A DNA stretch of 64,000 nt from Spirochaetia bacterium (GCA_965203515.1 OZ241907.1:3232001-3296000); one strand, 5' to 3'. Numbered from the stretch's first letter, positions 1 to 11,183 are shown. The notes: generated by a model from the letters alone, not told the origin. Numbers and translations: made by a program.

Positions 1-460
1 GATAACGTGGATGGCGGAGGTGGAGCGCAGCCGGCGCGCCGGTGTGCTGGCGGAGCGGATGCGGGAGTTGGGGCAGTGGCTGGCTGCGGAGGATGAGCCG
101 GAGCTGACGAAGAGCTTTGACCTGTGGCTGGGCGCCCTTGGGCGGAAGTGGGGCGTGAAGTTGCCGTCGATTCGCTACTACGAGGAGGCAAGCGCGATGT
201 TGTTGGAGAAGATCGATCGCTGGGAAGCCGAAATCCTGGAACGAGGCGTCCAGGCGGGTCGGCAGGAGGGCCGCCAGGAAGGTGAGCTGAAGGGCCGGCA
301 GGAGGGCGAGCTGAAGGGCCGGTTGGAAACCATCGAAGGGTTCCTGCGAGCGGGGGTCGGGTGGCCGGTGATCCAATCCGCCACCGGCATCGACGAGCAG
401 ACCTACCGCAGCCTCAAGCGCGACTCCGCCAACGGCACGGAGCCGGACGCGCCGCGCTGA
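1..460 (+). CDS. Rpn/YhgA-like PD-(D/E)XK nuclease (type A), 5'-truncated by the window edge
   Basis: Near-identical to the 3' part of 601..1629; (Q/L)EGR repeat tail; internal GAGGAGG + ATG at 197. Confidence 0.85.
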   Translation, partial: ITWMAEVERSRRAGVLAERMRELGQWLAAEDEPELTKSFDLWLGALGRKWGVKLPSIRYYEEASAMLLEKIDRWEAEILERGVQAGRQEGRQEGELKGRQEGELKGRLETIEGFLRAGVGWPVIQSATGIDEQTYRSLKRDSANGTEPDAPR

Positions 461-600
461 TTCCCGCCGGCCGGGCGCGTCCACCGTGAAGCGCCGCTGA
501 CGCGGCGTCGTTGTAAGGGGGCAGAGATGGCAGACCCCTGCGCCCAGCCCCACGATCATCCGTTCCGCGTCAGCACGGCGCCGCCATCGACGGAGGCCCC

Positions 601-1629
601 ATGAACGACGCTTCGTACAAGCGCCTGCTCACCCATCGGCGCATCATCGAGGACCTGCTGGTCGGGTTCATCGCGCCCCGGCGCCCGGCCGTTTGGGCTG
701 ACGCGCTCGACTTCGACTCCCTGCGCGAAGACCCGACGGAGAACGTCGACGACGATCTGCGCCGGCGCCTCGGCGACGTCGTCTGGTCCATCGACCTGCG
801 CGCCGCCGACGGCAGCGTGGAGACCATGCACGTGCTGATCGAGCATCAGTCGTCGGTCGACTACGCGATGGCGCTGCGGTTTCTCAACTACACCAGCCTG
901 CTGTACCAGCGGCGGTACCGCGACCACCGGTGGCGCAAGGGCGACACGGTCGAACCGGTGCTGCACGTCGTGCTGTACAACGGCGGCACCCGGTGGGACG
1001 CGCCGCAGTCGCTGGAGTTGGCGCCGAGGTGGGAGCACGACGGTCTCGCGCAGGTCACGCTGAGCTATGACGTGGTCGATCTGGTGGCGACGGAAGCGGA
1101 TGATCTGCCGAGGCCGAACCTGATAACGTGGATGGCGGACGTGGAGCGCAGCCGGCAGGCCGGGATGCTGGCGGAGCGGGTGCGGGAGTTGGGCCAGTGG
1201 CTGGCTGCGGAGGATGAGCCGGGGCTGACGAGGAGCTTCGACCTGTGGCTGGGCGCCCTGGGGCGGAAGTGGGGCGTGAAGCTGCCGTCGATTCGCGACT
1301 ACGAGGAGGCAAGCGCGATGTTGTTGGAGAAGATCGATCGCTGGGAAGCCGAAATCCTGGAACGAGGCGTCCAGGCGGGTCGGCAGGAGGGTCGGCAGGA
1401 GGGCCGGCAGGAGGGCGAGCTGAAGGGCCGGCAGGAGGGCCGGCAAGAAGGCGAGCTGAAGGGACGGCAAGAAGGCCGGCAGGAGGGTCGGTTGGAAGCC
1501 ATCGAAGGGTTCCTGCGAGCGGGGGTCGAGTGGCCGGTGATCCTGTCCGCCACCGGCATCGACGAGCAGACCTACCGCAGCCTCAAGCGCGACTCCGCCA
1601 ACGGCACGGAGCCGGACGCGCCGCGCTGA
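601..1629 (+). CDS. Rpn family recombination-promoting nuclease / putative transposase (type A)
   Basis: N-terminal DASYKRLL, GDVVWSI...HVLIEHQS nuclease motif, MALRFLNY, VLYNG, QEGR repeat tail. Confidence 0.9.
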   Translation: MNDASYKRLLTHRRIIEDLLVGFIAPRRPAVWADALDFDSLREDPTENVDDDLRRRLGDVVWSIDLRAADGSVETMHVLIEHQSSVDYAMALRFLNYTSLLYQRRYRDHRWRKGDTVEPVLHVVLYNGGTRWDAPQSLELAPRWEHDGLAQVTLSYDVVDLVATEADDLPRPNLITWMADVERSRQAGMLAERVRELGQWLAAEDEPGLTRSFDLWLGALGRKWGVKLPSIRDYEEASAMLLEKIDRWEAEILERGVQAGRQEGRQEGRQEGELKGRQEGRQEGELKGRQEGRQEGRLEAIEGFLRAGVEWPVILSATGIDEQTYRSLKRDSANGTEPDAPR

Positions 1630-1692
1630 TTCCCGCCGGTCGGCCGGTCCGGGCACGTCCCACCTCCGCGCGTGGCGCGCCGCCAAACAAGC

Positions 1693-1806
1693 GGTGGCTG
1701 CCGCGTTTGAGCATGTACCTGATCCACTCGGAGACTCCGCCGGGGGAGTTCGGGACAGGGTTTGAAGGGGCCGGGTGGCGCAGGCAGGAGCAACTGCGCA
1801 CGTTCC
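1693..1806 (+). pseudogene. Degenerate relic of a type-B Rpn gene
   Basis: ggtggctgccgcgtttgagcatgtacctgatccactcggagac...gaaggggccgggtggcgcag aligns, with indels, to the WLPRFEHVLIDHSET...LKGRVAQ segment of 13638..14651. Confidence 0.7.
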
Positions 1807-2202
1807 TCGCACCTCATCAAGCACGGCTACCGGGTGCTGTCACCCGCACCACCGACCTCGCCCAAGAGACGGACCGTCTGCAGCCGGCTGGTGGCCCGAC
1901 CCGCCGGCCGGCATCTTCGATGACGCGGGCTCCCCTGCACTCCGAAACTGCCGCCGAGGGTGCGCCACGCTGGATATTGGACTCGGTCCTGTAGTACTGT
2001 CGAAGCGGAGACTGCATGAGAACGATCGCGTACCACCAACCTATCGTCGAGAGGGTCCGAGATGAGAATGAGAACGACTACCGAGGCGGAGCTCGGCGCG
2101 CAGTGCAGAAGCTCTTGTCGGCGTATCGCCTTCGGTATGGATTCTACGCACGTGTGTGGGCAGATATTGCCGAACAACCTACTGCATGAACAGGGATATA
2201 AT

Positions 2203-3171
2203 GTGAATACGAATCCAAAGGCGATAGTATACGGGTTATGTACGTTCGTGCCGTTCGTGGGACCGTATCTGCTCGGACCTCGAGAAGCACGCAGAAAACG
2301 CGGTATTGGTGGAACGGCATCGGCAAGGTACTGTTACGCAGTTTGGTTGCGGCACCTGATCCATGCGAAGGATTGCGGATTAGACGGCATTCCGGAGACG
2401 GTCGCAGAGTTGGGACCTGGCGGTTCGATCGGCTGCGGATTGGCTGCATTGCTTTCAGGATGCGCGAGATATTACGCCCTTGATGCTGTCAACAAGGTCA
2501 GTGTCGAAAAAAGTCTGCGAGTATTTGACGAGTTGGTGGCGTTGTTCAGAATACGATCGAGAATTCCCGACAATCATGAGTTCCCGGAAATCTATCCATT
2601 GCTCGAAACATACAAATTTCCGTCGTCGATACTCCATGACAAACTCCTCGGTAAAGCATTGGAGGAGCGACGGATCAGACAAATCAGAGATGCGATTGCC
2701 GGAGGTCGGATGATTACCTATCGAGCGCCCTGGTCTGATCCGTCCGTGATACAAGAACGGTCGGTTGATCTGATCTACTCGCAGGCCGTGCTGGAGCACG
2801 TAGACGACCTGTCGCCCACGTATAGATGCATGCTCCATTGGCTCAAACCTGGTGGATATGTCTCACACACTATCGATTTCAGATCTCATGGGATGAGCGA
2901 TGCATGGAATGGTCACTGGGCATGTAGCGACCTACTGTGGAAGGTAATCCGCGGTAGAAGATCGTACTTGATCAACCGCGAACCGTGCTCAACCCATATG
3001 GAGCTGTTGCGCGAATACGGCTTCACCGTAAGACGCCAGATCGCGACACCCACGGTTTCGGCTATTCACAGGAGCGATCTATCAAGGAGATTTCGCGGCA
3101 TGCATGACAGTGACTTGACGACAAGTCGTGTATTCGTGGTAGCCAAGAAGTCGATAGAGAACTCGATATAG
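2203..3171 (+). CDS. Class I SAM-dependent methyltransferase (polysaccharide cluster)
   Basis: VAELGPG motif I; DLIYSQAVLEHV; LKPGG. GTG start at 2203 preferred over 2062. Confidence 0.8.
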   Translation: MNTNPKAIVYGLCTFVPFVGPYLLGPREARRKRGIGGTASARYCYAVWLRHLIHAKDCGLDGIPETVAELGPGGSIGCGLAALLSGCARYYALDAVNKVSVEKSLRVFDELVALFRIRSRIPDNHEFPEIYPLLETYKFPSSILHDKLLGKALEERRIRQIRDAIAGGRMITYRAPWSDPSVIQERSVDLIYSQAVLEHVDDLSPTYRCMLHWLKPGGYVSHTIDFRSHGMSDAWNGHWACSDLLWKVIRGRRSYLINREPCSTHMELLREYGFTVRRQIATPTVSAIHRSDLSRRFRGMHDSDLTTSRVFVVAKKSIENSI

Positions 3172-3189
3172 TTACCAAAGCGTCCGATG

Positions 3190-4098
3190 TTACTTTGTGC
3201 GCCTCACGTCGCGCGCGTATACGCCGCAGCCAAGCGGAAGGGCCGCCAGACACAGCAGTCTCGCCCGTCGATTCTCCATCGAAGCCACGATATCGATGGG
3301 GTTCTTACGCACATGGAGCGAAAAGCGAACGTAGTTGGCGGCCGATTTCAGAAAAGCAATCGGCGCGTATCGAAGATAATCGATATGCTCGTTCAACTTT
3401 ATTCGATTGCCGAGCATGTACGAGTATGCATTCCTTCCAACTTCGGCCACAGCGGTTATGCTGTCTGACTCCGTATGATAGATACGCAAGCTATCGTTTA
3501 CGAAACGGGTTTTATACTTGCGGGCTATACGATTCCACACTATCGATTCGGGGACGTGGGACAGCTTCCGATCAGGGACGGGGAACGGATAGTCCCGCAT
3601 GACTTCCGTACGTTGAAATCCCCATTTCTCTCCGCGGACCTTGAATCGGTATTGCATTTCGAGCGAATCGGAATCGGTAATGAGATACGGAAAGTGGTCA
3701 CCGACAATACGCCCCTCCTCGTCCATACACAAGACGGTAACTGCGGAAAACTTTGGTTTTTCCCGGTCGGGTATCGCGTCCCAATAGTGCTTGAGCCTCT
3801 CCAACGCATGCGGTATGCAGGCGTCGTCCGAGTCGAGCGTGAGAAAGAACCTGCCTCGGGCGAGCGGCACGGCGTGATTGTATGCGACGTGCTTACCCTG
3901 GTTCTTCTGATGGTAGTAGCGTACTGGAAAGTCGGCCTCGTTACGCCATGCTTCTATCAAAGCGCTAGTCTCATCGGTCGAACCGTCATCGACTACCAGC
4001 CACTCGAAGTCGCGGAACGTCTGCGCCGTCAGACTGTCGTAGACGCGGTACAACAGGTGAGCCCGATTGTAGGTGGCGGTGAATACCGTAAACTCCAT
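3190..4098 (-). CDS. Glycosyltransferase family 2
   Basis: TVFTATYNRA, VVDDGSTD, LDSDD. Confidence 0.93.
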   Translation of the reverse strand: MEFTVFTATYNRAHLLYRVYDSLTAQTFRDFEWLVVDDGSTDETSALIEAWRNEADFPVRYYHQKNQGKHVAYNHAVPLARGRFFLTLDSDDACIPHALERLKHYWDAIPDREKPKFSAVTVLCMDEEGRIVGDHFPYLITDSDSLEMQYRFKVRGEKWGFQRTEVMRDYPFPVPDRKLSHVPESIVWNRIARKYKTRFVNDSLRIYHTESDSITAVAEVGRNAYSYMLGNRIKLNEHIDYLRYAPIAFLKSAANYVRFSLHVRKNPIDIVASMENRRARLLCLAALPLGCGVYARDVRRTK

Positions 4099-4517
4099 TG
4101 GGTGACGTTGCGAAGCATCCTATCGTTTCATTGTGTGCCGTTCAAGCCCTACAGGCGCCGGCTGGGGACTCATTTCGCTTTCGGCGGCTCGGTCGGCGCG
4201 GCGCGCCGTGGGGTAGGTTCGCCCTCCAGCGTCGGCCTGGCGTCACTGGGAACCGGGACTTCTTTCATATGCGTGCACTGCATTTTGGAGAGAGATCTTG
4301 CAATCCTGTGCCGTCAAGCGATAGTCGCGCCAACGTGGAAGGGGTTCCTCAACGACGGGGCCGTGTCGCGGGCTCACACTTTGGCGGACCGGCAGGTGAT
4401 CAGAGGCACCCATGATCGGAAGTCCGACAGATACGGCCGCACAAGCCTGTTCGCGTGGCGTGGCACGGGCAATCCGCCACGCGCGGCGCGACGATTGCGT
4501 AACGTAGCTTTGGTTAC

Positions 4518-5615
4518 ATGCGCATCACGCTAGTCATCTTTTCGCTCCATGGCGGGGGAGCGGAGCGGGTGATGTCGATCATGGCGAACCATTGGGCGGC
4601 GCGAGGATGGGACATTACGTTACTCACATACGGCGACGGTACTGAGACGCCGGCGTATGGTCTTCACCCCGCGGTAGATCATCGCCAATTGGGTATCAGT
4701 CGCCAGTCAAGCGGGATAGTCGAGGCCGTCAGCAACAATCTGAAACGTCTGCCGGTCCTGCGGCGCGCGATCAGGGATAGTACTCCGGACGCCATCGTAT
4801 CGTTCTTGGACGTGGTGAACGTAAGGACGATATTGGCGAGCTTGGGGCTCGGTATCCCGGTGATCGTATCCGAGCGCATCGATCCTTCATGCCATCGGAT
4901 CGGAGCGGCATGGCGCGTACTGCGAAGATGGAGTTATCGCTACGCTGCGTGTGTCGTGGCGCTCACGCCGGACGCGCTCCGCTACTTCCCGGACTCGATT
5001 CGGCGGCGAGGACGGGTAATACCCAACCCGGTTTCGGTCCCGGTGGACGCTGGTCTTGCGCGTACTGGCGGCAGGAAGAAGACCGTAATGGCGATGGGCC
5101 GACTTGCTCATCAGAAGGGGTTCGACCGGTTGATCGCCGCATTCTCGATGGTCACCGCAAACCATCCCGGGTGGTCCTTGACGATCTGGGGAGAGGGGGA
5201 CGATCGACAGAAGCTTGAACGGTTGCGCGATCGGCTCGATCTGCATGGGCGAGTTGCGCTTCCTGGGTGGACGCAGGATCCGTTCGCGGAGATGCGGGAA
5301 GCCGGACTGTTCGTGTTGTCTTCTCGATATGAAGGGTTCCCAAACGTGCTGTGCGAAGCGATGGCGTGCGGAGTCCCGGTGTTGAGCTTCGATTGTCCTG
5401 GTCCTCGTCACATCGTAAGGGATGGCATCGATGGCATTCTCGTTCCATCCGGCGACGTGAACAAGCTGGCCGAGGCGATGGCTCGGTTGATGGCCGACCA
5501 GGCGGAACGAGAGCGTCTTGCCGCGAACGGGCTTGAGGTGACCAAGCGTTTCGGAAAGGACAAGGTAATGGGGATGTGGGAGCGATTGATAGCGTCCTGC
5601 ACGTCAGCCCGTTGA
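4518..5615 (+). CDS. Glycosyltransferase family 4 (PglH/PglJ-like)
   Basis: GGGAERV, MGRLAHQKGFD, SRYEGFPNVLCEAMACG. Confidence 0.93.
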   Translation: MRITLVIFSLHGGGAERVMSIMANHWAARGWDITLLTYGDGTETPAYGLHPAVDHRQLGISRQSSGIVEAVSNNLKRLPVLRRAIRDSTPDAIVSFLDVVNVRTILASLGLGIPVIVSERIDPSCHRIGAAWRVLRRWSYRYAACVVALTPDALRYFPDSIRRRGRVIPNPVSVPVDAGLARTGGRKKTVMAMGRLAHQKGFDRLIAAFSMVTANHPGWSLTIWGEGDDRQKLERLRDRLDLHGRVALPGWTQDPFAEMREAGLFVLSSRYEGFPNVLCEAMACGVPVLSFDCPGPRHIVRDGIDGILVPSGDVNKLAEAMARLMADQAERERLAANGLEVTKRFGKDKVMGMWERLIASCTSAR

Positions 5616-5671
5616 CGTCGCGGGCGGGCGCGATTGTGATTGCGCGGCTCGACCGGTAGCATATTGCGGAC

Positions 5672-7603
5672 ATGTGCGGCGTAGCAGGGTTCGTTCAGCG
5701 CGGCGGCTTTCCGGGAGCGCAGGGAAGGCTGGTTGCGTCGAAGATGGCGGACGCGCTGGCGCATCGCGGACCGGACGACGCGGACGTATGGCTCGACGGA
5801 ACCGCCGGCGTCGCGTTGGCCCATCGGCGTCTGGCGGTGATCGATCTGTCGGCCGCCGGGCACCAGCCGATGCGCTCCCATTCGGGCCGCTACGTCATTT
5901 CGTTCAACGGGGAGATATATAATCATCAGGAGCTGAGACACCGGTTGGATTCTCGATCCGGTCCGGTGGTCGCCTGGCAGGGCGCGTCCGATACGGAGTC
6001 TCTCTTGGCGGCGATCGAGCATTTCGGATTGGCGACGGCGCTTCGGTATGCGGTGGGAATGTTCGCGTTCGCAGTGTGGGACCGGCAGGAGCGGACGCTC
6101 TACCTGGCGCGGGATCGACTCGGTGAGAAGCCGCTGTACTTCGGGTGGCAGAATGGCGTGTTCATGTTTGCGTCCGAGCTCAAGGCGCTTGCATGTCATC
6201 CTTCATTCGCAGGAGTGATCGACAGGGAAGCACTGGCGTTGTACCTGCGGCACAACTACATTCCATGGCCCTGGTCCATCTATCAGGGCATTCGAAAGCT
6301 GGCGCCGGGCTCGTTTGTCAAGCTCGCGTTCGGAGACGAATCGTCGCCCGCAGGCGAGTTGCCGGAGGAAGAACGGTATTGGTCGTTGCGGGAGGTTATC
6401 GAAGCAGGACGGGAGCGACCGTTCGAGGGCGACGCCGGCGAGGCCGTGGAGGCGCTGCATGAGGTCTTGCGGCAGGCGGTGGTGTCGCAGGTCGTAGCCG
6501 ATGTCCCTTTGGGAGCGTTTCTTTCGGGAGGCATCGATTCGTCGACGATCGCAGCGCTGATGCAGGCCTGCTCGTCACGACCGGTGCGGACATTCGCCAT
6601 CGGATTCGACGAGCCGGGCTACAATGAGGCTGCGCATGCAAAGGAAGTGGCTGGGCATCTCGGAACCGATCATACGGAGCTGTACGTTACCCCGCAGGAT
6701 GCGTTGGCTGTCATTCCCAGCTTGCCCGTGCTGTACGACGAACCGTTTTCCGACTCCTCGCAGATTCCTACGTCATTGGTCTCCGCCATGACCCGCCGGC
6801 ACGTGACGGTGGCCCTGTCGGGAGACGGCGGCGACGAGCTGTTCGGCGGCTATCGCCGGTACCTTCGAACGCCTATGCTTTGGACGCTGCAGGGAGCGAT
6901 GCCGAAATGGATACGAAAAACATACCAACGTATGATCTTGGCCATCCCATCTTTCTGGACGTCAACGCGGATGCATCACCAAGCGATAAAGATATCCAAG
7001 TTTCTGGACTTTCAATCGCCAGAGCATCTGTATGTCCATTTGATGTCACATTGGAAGGAGCCGGATATGATCGTCCGTCATGCGTCGGAACCTCGAACCT
7101 GCCTGTCAGATCACGCGGCGTGGCCGGACACTCCGGAAATCGAGAGCCGGATGATGGCGATCGACGCGTTGACGTACCTGCCGGATGACATCCTGGTCAA
7201 GGTGGATCGGGCGGCAATGGGGGTGAGTCTGGAGACGCGCGCGCCGTTCCTCGATCATCGAGTGGTGGAGTTGGCTTGGCGGTTGCCGCTGGCGATGAAG
7301 ATCAGAGGGGACGAGAGCAAGTGGATATTGCGGCAGGTACTCTACCGGCACGTGCCCCGGAATCTCGTCGAGCGGCCCAAGATGGGGTTCGGAGTTCCGC
7401 TGGAGTCGTGGCTGAGAGGGCCGCTCAAAGATTGGGCGGAATCGCTGTTGGCTGAAGGTCGGTTGCGCGACGAAGGGTTCTTTCTCCCGGAACCGATCAG
7501 AAAACGATGGACGGAACACCTCGATGGAAGCCGGCGGTGGGACGCCTGCATATGGGACATACTGATGTTTCAGGCATGGCTGGATGAGAACCGAGGAAAC
7601 TGA
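5672..7603 (+). CDS. asnB: Asparagine synthase (glutamine-hydrolysing), glycan amidotransferase type
   Basis: N-terminal MCG, HRGPD, FNGEIYN, LSGGIDSS, SGDGGDELFGGY, KVDRAAM; located in a glycan cluster. Confidence 0.93.
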   Translation: MCGVAGFVQRGGFPGAQGRLVASKMADALAHRGPDDADVWLDGTAGVALAHRRLAVIDLSAAGHQPMRSHSGRYVISFNGEIYNHQELRHRLDSRSGPVVAWQGASDTESLLAAIEHFGLATALRYAVGMFAFAVWDRQERTLYLARDRLGEKPLYFGWQNGVFMFASELKALACHPSFAGVIDREALALYLRHNYIPWPWSIYQGIRKLAPGSFVKLAFGDESSPAGELPEEERYWSLREVIEAGRERPFEGDAGEAVEALHEVLRQAVVSQVVADVPLGAFLSGGIDSSTIAALMQACSSRPVRTFAIGFDEPGYNEAAHAKEVAGHLGTDHTELYVTPQDALAVIPSLPVLYDEPFSDSSQIPTSLVSAMTRRHVTVALSGDGGDELFGGYRRYLRTPMLWTLQGAMPKWIRKTYQRMILAIPSFWTSTRMHHQAIKISKFLDFQSPEHLYVHLMSHWKEPDMIVRHASEPRTCLSDHAAWPDTPEIESRMMAIDALTYLPDDILVKVDRAAMGVSLETRAPFLDHRVVELAWRLPLAMKIRGDESKWILRQVLYRHVPRNLVERPKMGFGVPLESWLRGPLKDWAESLLAEGRLRDEGFFLPEPIRKRWTEHLDGSRRWDACIWDILMFQAWLDENRGN

Positions 7604-8807
7604 CGGGCGGCAGATGGCGCCTTGCGATAGACAAGCGGCCGATGATCGTAACTCGCGGATTGTAATGGTGATCGATCATCTGGAGCCTGGTGGGGCACAG
7701 CGCCAGTTTTGCCTGTTGGCGACATCGTTGCATCGTAGAGGCTTCAACGTAACAGTGATGGTATTCCGCCCGGACCTGTTTTTCGAGGATGCGTTGCAAG
7801 AGGTCGATATTCCGATAGTATATCTGAAGTCGCGCAATCGATTGCATCTATGGTTTCTCCTACGCACGGAGATCGATCGAGCAGACGCCCATGTGGTGAT
7901 AAGTTTTCTTTCGTGGCCAAATTTGATGGTAGAACTATCGGGGCTGCCGAGTCGTAAGTTTTCGGTAATCGTGTCTGAACGTAATTTGGATGTTACGGTC
8001 AGTATGAAGCGTCGTGTTACTTATCATTTTCACAGATTGGCAGATGTCGTGGTAAGCAACTCACATACTCAGGGAGAGATCGTAGCGCGGCTCTTGAGAC
8101 GCTGGCAAGTACGGACGACAGTGATCGTAAACGGGGTAGACATTCGACACTTCGAGCCTGCCGAAACCCCGCGGCGCGGAGGCGGCGGTCTTCGCTTGTT
8201 GGTATTGGCGCGATTCGCGCCGCAGAAGAACGCGCTTCGGTTCATCGAAGCGGTGAGCGTGGTGTGCGCGCGCCATCCGGAGATCGGATTGGAGGTAGAC
8301 TGGTATGGGAAGGCGCCGACGGATGGTCCGAACGACGACCCGGCGTGGGCTATGGCGCATCGCGACAAGCTGGCGGCATACTACCGGAGTGTGGTGGAGA
8401 CGATAGAGCGGCACCGGCTTCAGAGGCGATTTCGGGTGAACGCTCCCAGGAAGGACGTCAGAGAGCTGTACCTGCAATCGGACGTGGTGTGCATGCCGTC
8501 GCTGCACGAAGGCTGTTCCAACGTGATCGCGGAAGCGATGGCATGCGGGGTGCCGGTATTGGCCAGCCGCGTGGGCGACAACGTGAGGCTTGTCGAAGAC
8601 GGGCGCAACGGACTGCTCTTCGACCCGATGTCGGTCGACGATATGGTCAGGGCGATGGTCGGCTTTGCGGAGCTGCCCGCTTCTGCGCGAAGGAGGCTGG
8701 GGCGGGAAGGACGAAAGATGGCGGAGGAACTGTTGTCCGTGGAAACGTTCACCGACCGATACGTGAAGCTGATCGGGGAAGTAGGTCGCGAGCGGTTTCG
8801 CGCATGA
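7584..8807 (+). CDS. Glycosyltransferase family 4
   Basis: GGAQRQ, EGCSNVIAEAMACG; start uncertain. Confidence 0.9.
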   Translation: MRTEETDGRQMAPCDRQAADDRNSRIVMVIDHLEPGGAQRQFCLLATSLHRRGFNVTVMVFRPDLFFEDALQEVDIPIVYLKSRNRLHLWFLLRTEIDRADAHVVISFLSWPNLMVELSGLPSRKFSVIVSERNLDVTVSMKRRVTYHFHRLADVVVSNSHTQGEIVARLLRRWQVRTTVIVNGVDIRHFEPAETPRRGGGGLRLLVLARFAPQKNALRFIEAVSVVCARHPEIGLEVDWYGKAPTDGPNDDPAWAMAHRDKLAAYYRSVVETIERHRLQRRFRVNAPRKDVRELYLQSDVVCMPSLHEGCSNVIAEAMACGVPVLASRVGDNVRLVEDGRNGLLFDPMSVDDMVRAMVGFAELPASARRRLGREGRKMAEELLSVETFTDRYVKLIGEVGRERFRA

Positions 8808-8820
8808 GCGGAACCGGGGT

Positions 8821-10098
8821 GTGCGGAAGCGAACCGCGGCGCGCGGTGCGCACTGGGCTCCGCCGACGGACTCGAACCTGATGCGCGTTCAGGTGGTCGG
8901 CGGCGTCCTGCTCGCGCTCTTTCAACTCCTCGGGCGCTCGCAGGCGGAGCGCTTCATCGGTGTCGGAGAAGCGGGATGGTACCTGGAACTCAGGCTGTGG
9001 GTGTTGGCCGGCCTTTCGACATGGTTGATCGGTTCGGCAGCGGTGATGGGAACCAGGCGGTTCGATGGGCGGGGCGTCGGAGCGTTCGGCGGCATGTTCG
9101 TACTGTTTCTGGGATACATGGTGGTGATCACCAGCCTTTGGGCGCCGGATCCGACACGGGCGGCCACAAAGGCGTACGATCTGTTGTTCGTGATCTGGTC
9201 ATGCGTTCTGACGGTCGTTGCGCTGAGGACTTGCGGCGTGCGAGCGACGATCGACGGATTCTGGGGAGGCGTGTTTGTCTTCGCGTTGGTGATCGCCGTA
9301 ATTGGCGCGGTGACGTCTGTCGTCAGTTGGGTACCGGTAGGCCGGTTTTCGGTGTTGTCGGGAGGCCCCAACGTACTCGGGCGGAACATGGGCTTGCTGG
9401 CATTGGCATCGCTCCACTTGGTATTCGACGCGCGGCGCCTGCGGAGGGTCATCGGTATGGCGGCGGCTCCGGTGGCCGCGCTGCTCGTTCTGCTATCCGG
9501 TTCGCGCGGGGCCATTCTGGCTCTATGTTTTGGGGTGATCGTCTACCTGTTTGTTCATCGCCTGGACCGGCGCGTCCTGGTATCGCTTGTGGCGGTCGCC
9601 ATACTGGGGGCGGCGGTCGCCGTGGCTACGAGATTCGGCGAACTCGCGGTAGCGCTGTTCAGAGATCGGGTTCTCATCTTGCTCTTCGTCGATCAGTTCT
9701 TCTCGTACCGAGATGTCCTGTTTTTGGAAGCGATTCGAGCGGGGCTGCAGAACCCGGTCTTCGGGCTCGGCCTGGCCGGCTTCGAGGAGGTAGGGACCTG
9801 GGGGGGTTATCCGCACAACATGTTCTTGGAGGCATTCGCGGAGGGAGGGCTGCCGGGACTGCTGCTGCTCTGCTTGCCGTTCGTGAGATACCTCGCTCGT
9901 TGGTTGCGAGGCATGGGACTCGGCGATTCGCTGACGGTGGCCGGATTGGGATTGCTCGTCGTTTCGAGCAGCATATCCGGGGACCTCTTCGACGCCCGCG
10001 GCGTGTTCCTGCTCCTCTTGATGGCGGTCGCCAGTCAGACTCGCGACCGCACGGCGGGAAAGAGCAGCGCCGGCCAGCCGTCGCACGACGAACGATGA
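8821..10098 (+). CDS. O-antigen ligase/polymerase (Wzy_C) family membrane protein
   Basis: Many TM segments; GGPNVLG, SGSRGA, GLGLAGF, YPHNMFLE motifs. Confidence 0.85.
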   Translation: MRKRTAARGAHWAPPTDSNLMRVQVVGGVLLALFQLLGRSQAERFIGVGEAGWYLELRLWVLAGLSTWLIGSAAVMGTRRFDGRGVGAFGGMFVLFLGYMVVITSLWAPDPTRAATKAYDLLFVIWSCVLTVVALRTCGVRATIDGFWGGVFVFALVIAVIGAVTSVVSWVPVGRFSVLSGGPNVLGRNMGLLALASLHLVFDARRLRRVIGMAAAPVAALLVLLSGSRGAILALCFGVIVYLFVHRLDRRVLVSLVAVAILGAAVAVATRFGELAVALFRDRVLILLFVDQFFSYRDVLFLEAIRAGLQNPVFGLGLAGFEEVGTWGGYPHNMFLEAFAEGGLPGLLLLCLPFVRYLARWLRGMGLGDSLTVAGLGLLVVSSSISGDLFDARGVFLLLLMAVASQTRDRTAGKSSAGQPSHDER

Positions 10099-11183
10099 AC
10101 GCCGGCGGACCGGGCTCGCTTCGCGTTCTGCTCATCGGGGCGTTGCCTCCACAGGAGCCCAGCTCCGCCAATCCGGTAGGCGGTGCGGCAGTGAACTTCG
10201 GGGACATGGTGAGGCAGTTGAAGCTCCGTTCGATGGCCGTGAACGTAGTGGACATTTCTCGCCCGCGCGTGAATCTCGGCGTGCGCCAGATCTGGCACAA
10301 TTGCGCGACGGTCGCCAGGTTGATGTGGCAGGTGTCGACGCGTATCCGTCACAGCGACGTCGTGATCATGCATATATCGGCAAAGAGCGCGTGGTGGCTC
10401 GGATCGGGACTGTGGTTGATCTGCACCGCGTTGCGACGGCCGGTCGTATTGAAGTTCATCGGAGGTGACTTTGCAAAGATATATGACGATTATTCCGTAG
10501 CAAGGCGACGGTGGGCGAACGCTACCTACATGCGCTGCGCGTCGATTCTGGTCCAGGCGGAGGCTATCAGGAGACGATTTCACGGCCACGAAAACGTCCG
10601 GTGGTTTCCGAATACGCGAGACACTCGAAGGTCGAGCGTGGAGCCGAGAGAGGTTGCGCGGCGCTTCATCTTCGTTTCGCAGTTGCGGATGGAAAAGGGA
10701 CTGCGGGAGGCGGTGGACGCCTGCAGGGAGCTTCCGAATGACTGCTGTCTGAACGTGTACGGACCGATCATGCCGAATACCGATCTCAGCGTGTTCGAAG
10801 GACAGGACAGGTCGGTGTATCGGGGTGTACTGCGGCAGGCGGATGTGCCGGATGCCCTGGAGCGGCATGACGTGTTGGTGTTGCCGACGTACTGGAAGGT
10901 GGAAGGGTATCCCGGCATCGTGCTGGAGGCGCTGCAGTGCGGGCGCCCGGTCATATCGACATCATGGAGAAGCGTTCCGGAGGTCGTGGAGGACGGAAGG
11001 AGCGGTTTGCTGGTGGAGCCGCGCTCGACGTCCGCGGTCCGGGAGGCGATAGAGCGGGTGATCGGCGATCCGGATCTGTACCGCGCACTGTGTGCGGGGG
11101 CGCGGCGGCGCGGAGACTTCTTTCGAAGCGGGAAGTGGTACGACGAGCTCGCGGCCGAGCTGCTGCGGATCACAGGGAGATAA
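10095..11183 (+). CDS. Glycosyltransferase family 4
   Basis: ATGA overlap with the wzy stop; EKGL, LPTYWKVEGYPGIVLEAL. Confidence 0.88.
   Translation: MNAGGPGSLRVLLIGALPPQEPSSANPVGGAAVNFGDMVRQLKLRSMAVNVVDISRPRVNLGVRQIWHNCATVARLMWQVSTRIRHSDVVIMHISAKSAWWLGSGLWLICTALRRPVVLKFIGGDFAKIYDDYSVARRRWANATYMRCASILVQAEAIRRRFHGHENVRWFPNTRDTRRSSVEPREVARRFIFVSQLRMEKGLREAVDACRELPNDCCLNVYGPIMPNTDLSVFEGQDRSVYRGVLRQADVPDALERHDVLVLPTYWKVEGYPGIVLEALQCGRPVISTSWRSVPEVVEDGRSGLLVEPRSTSAVREAIERVIGDPDLYRALCAGARRRGDFFRSGKWYDELAAELLRITGR

Noticed and set aside
4283..4305. Sigma-54 promoter (TGG...TTGCA)
   Set aside because: GG-to-GC spacing is 11 nt rather than the required 10
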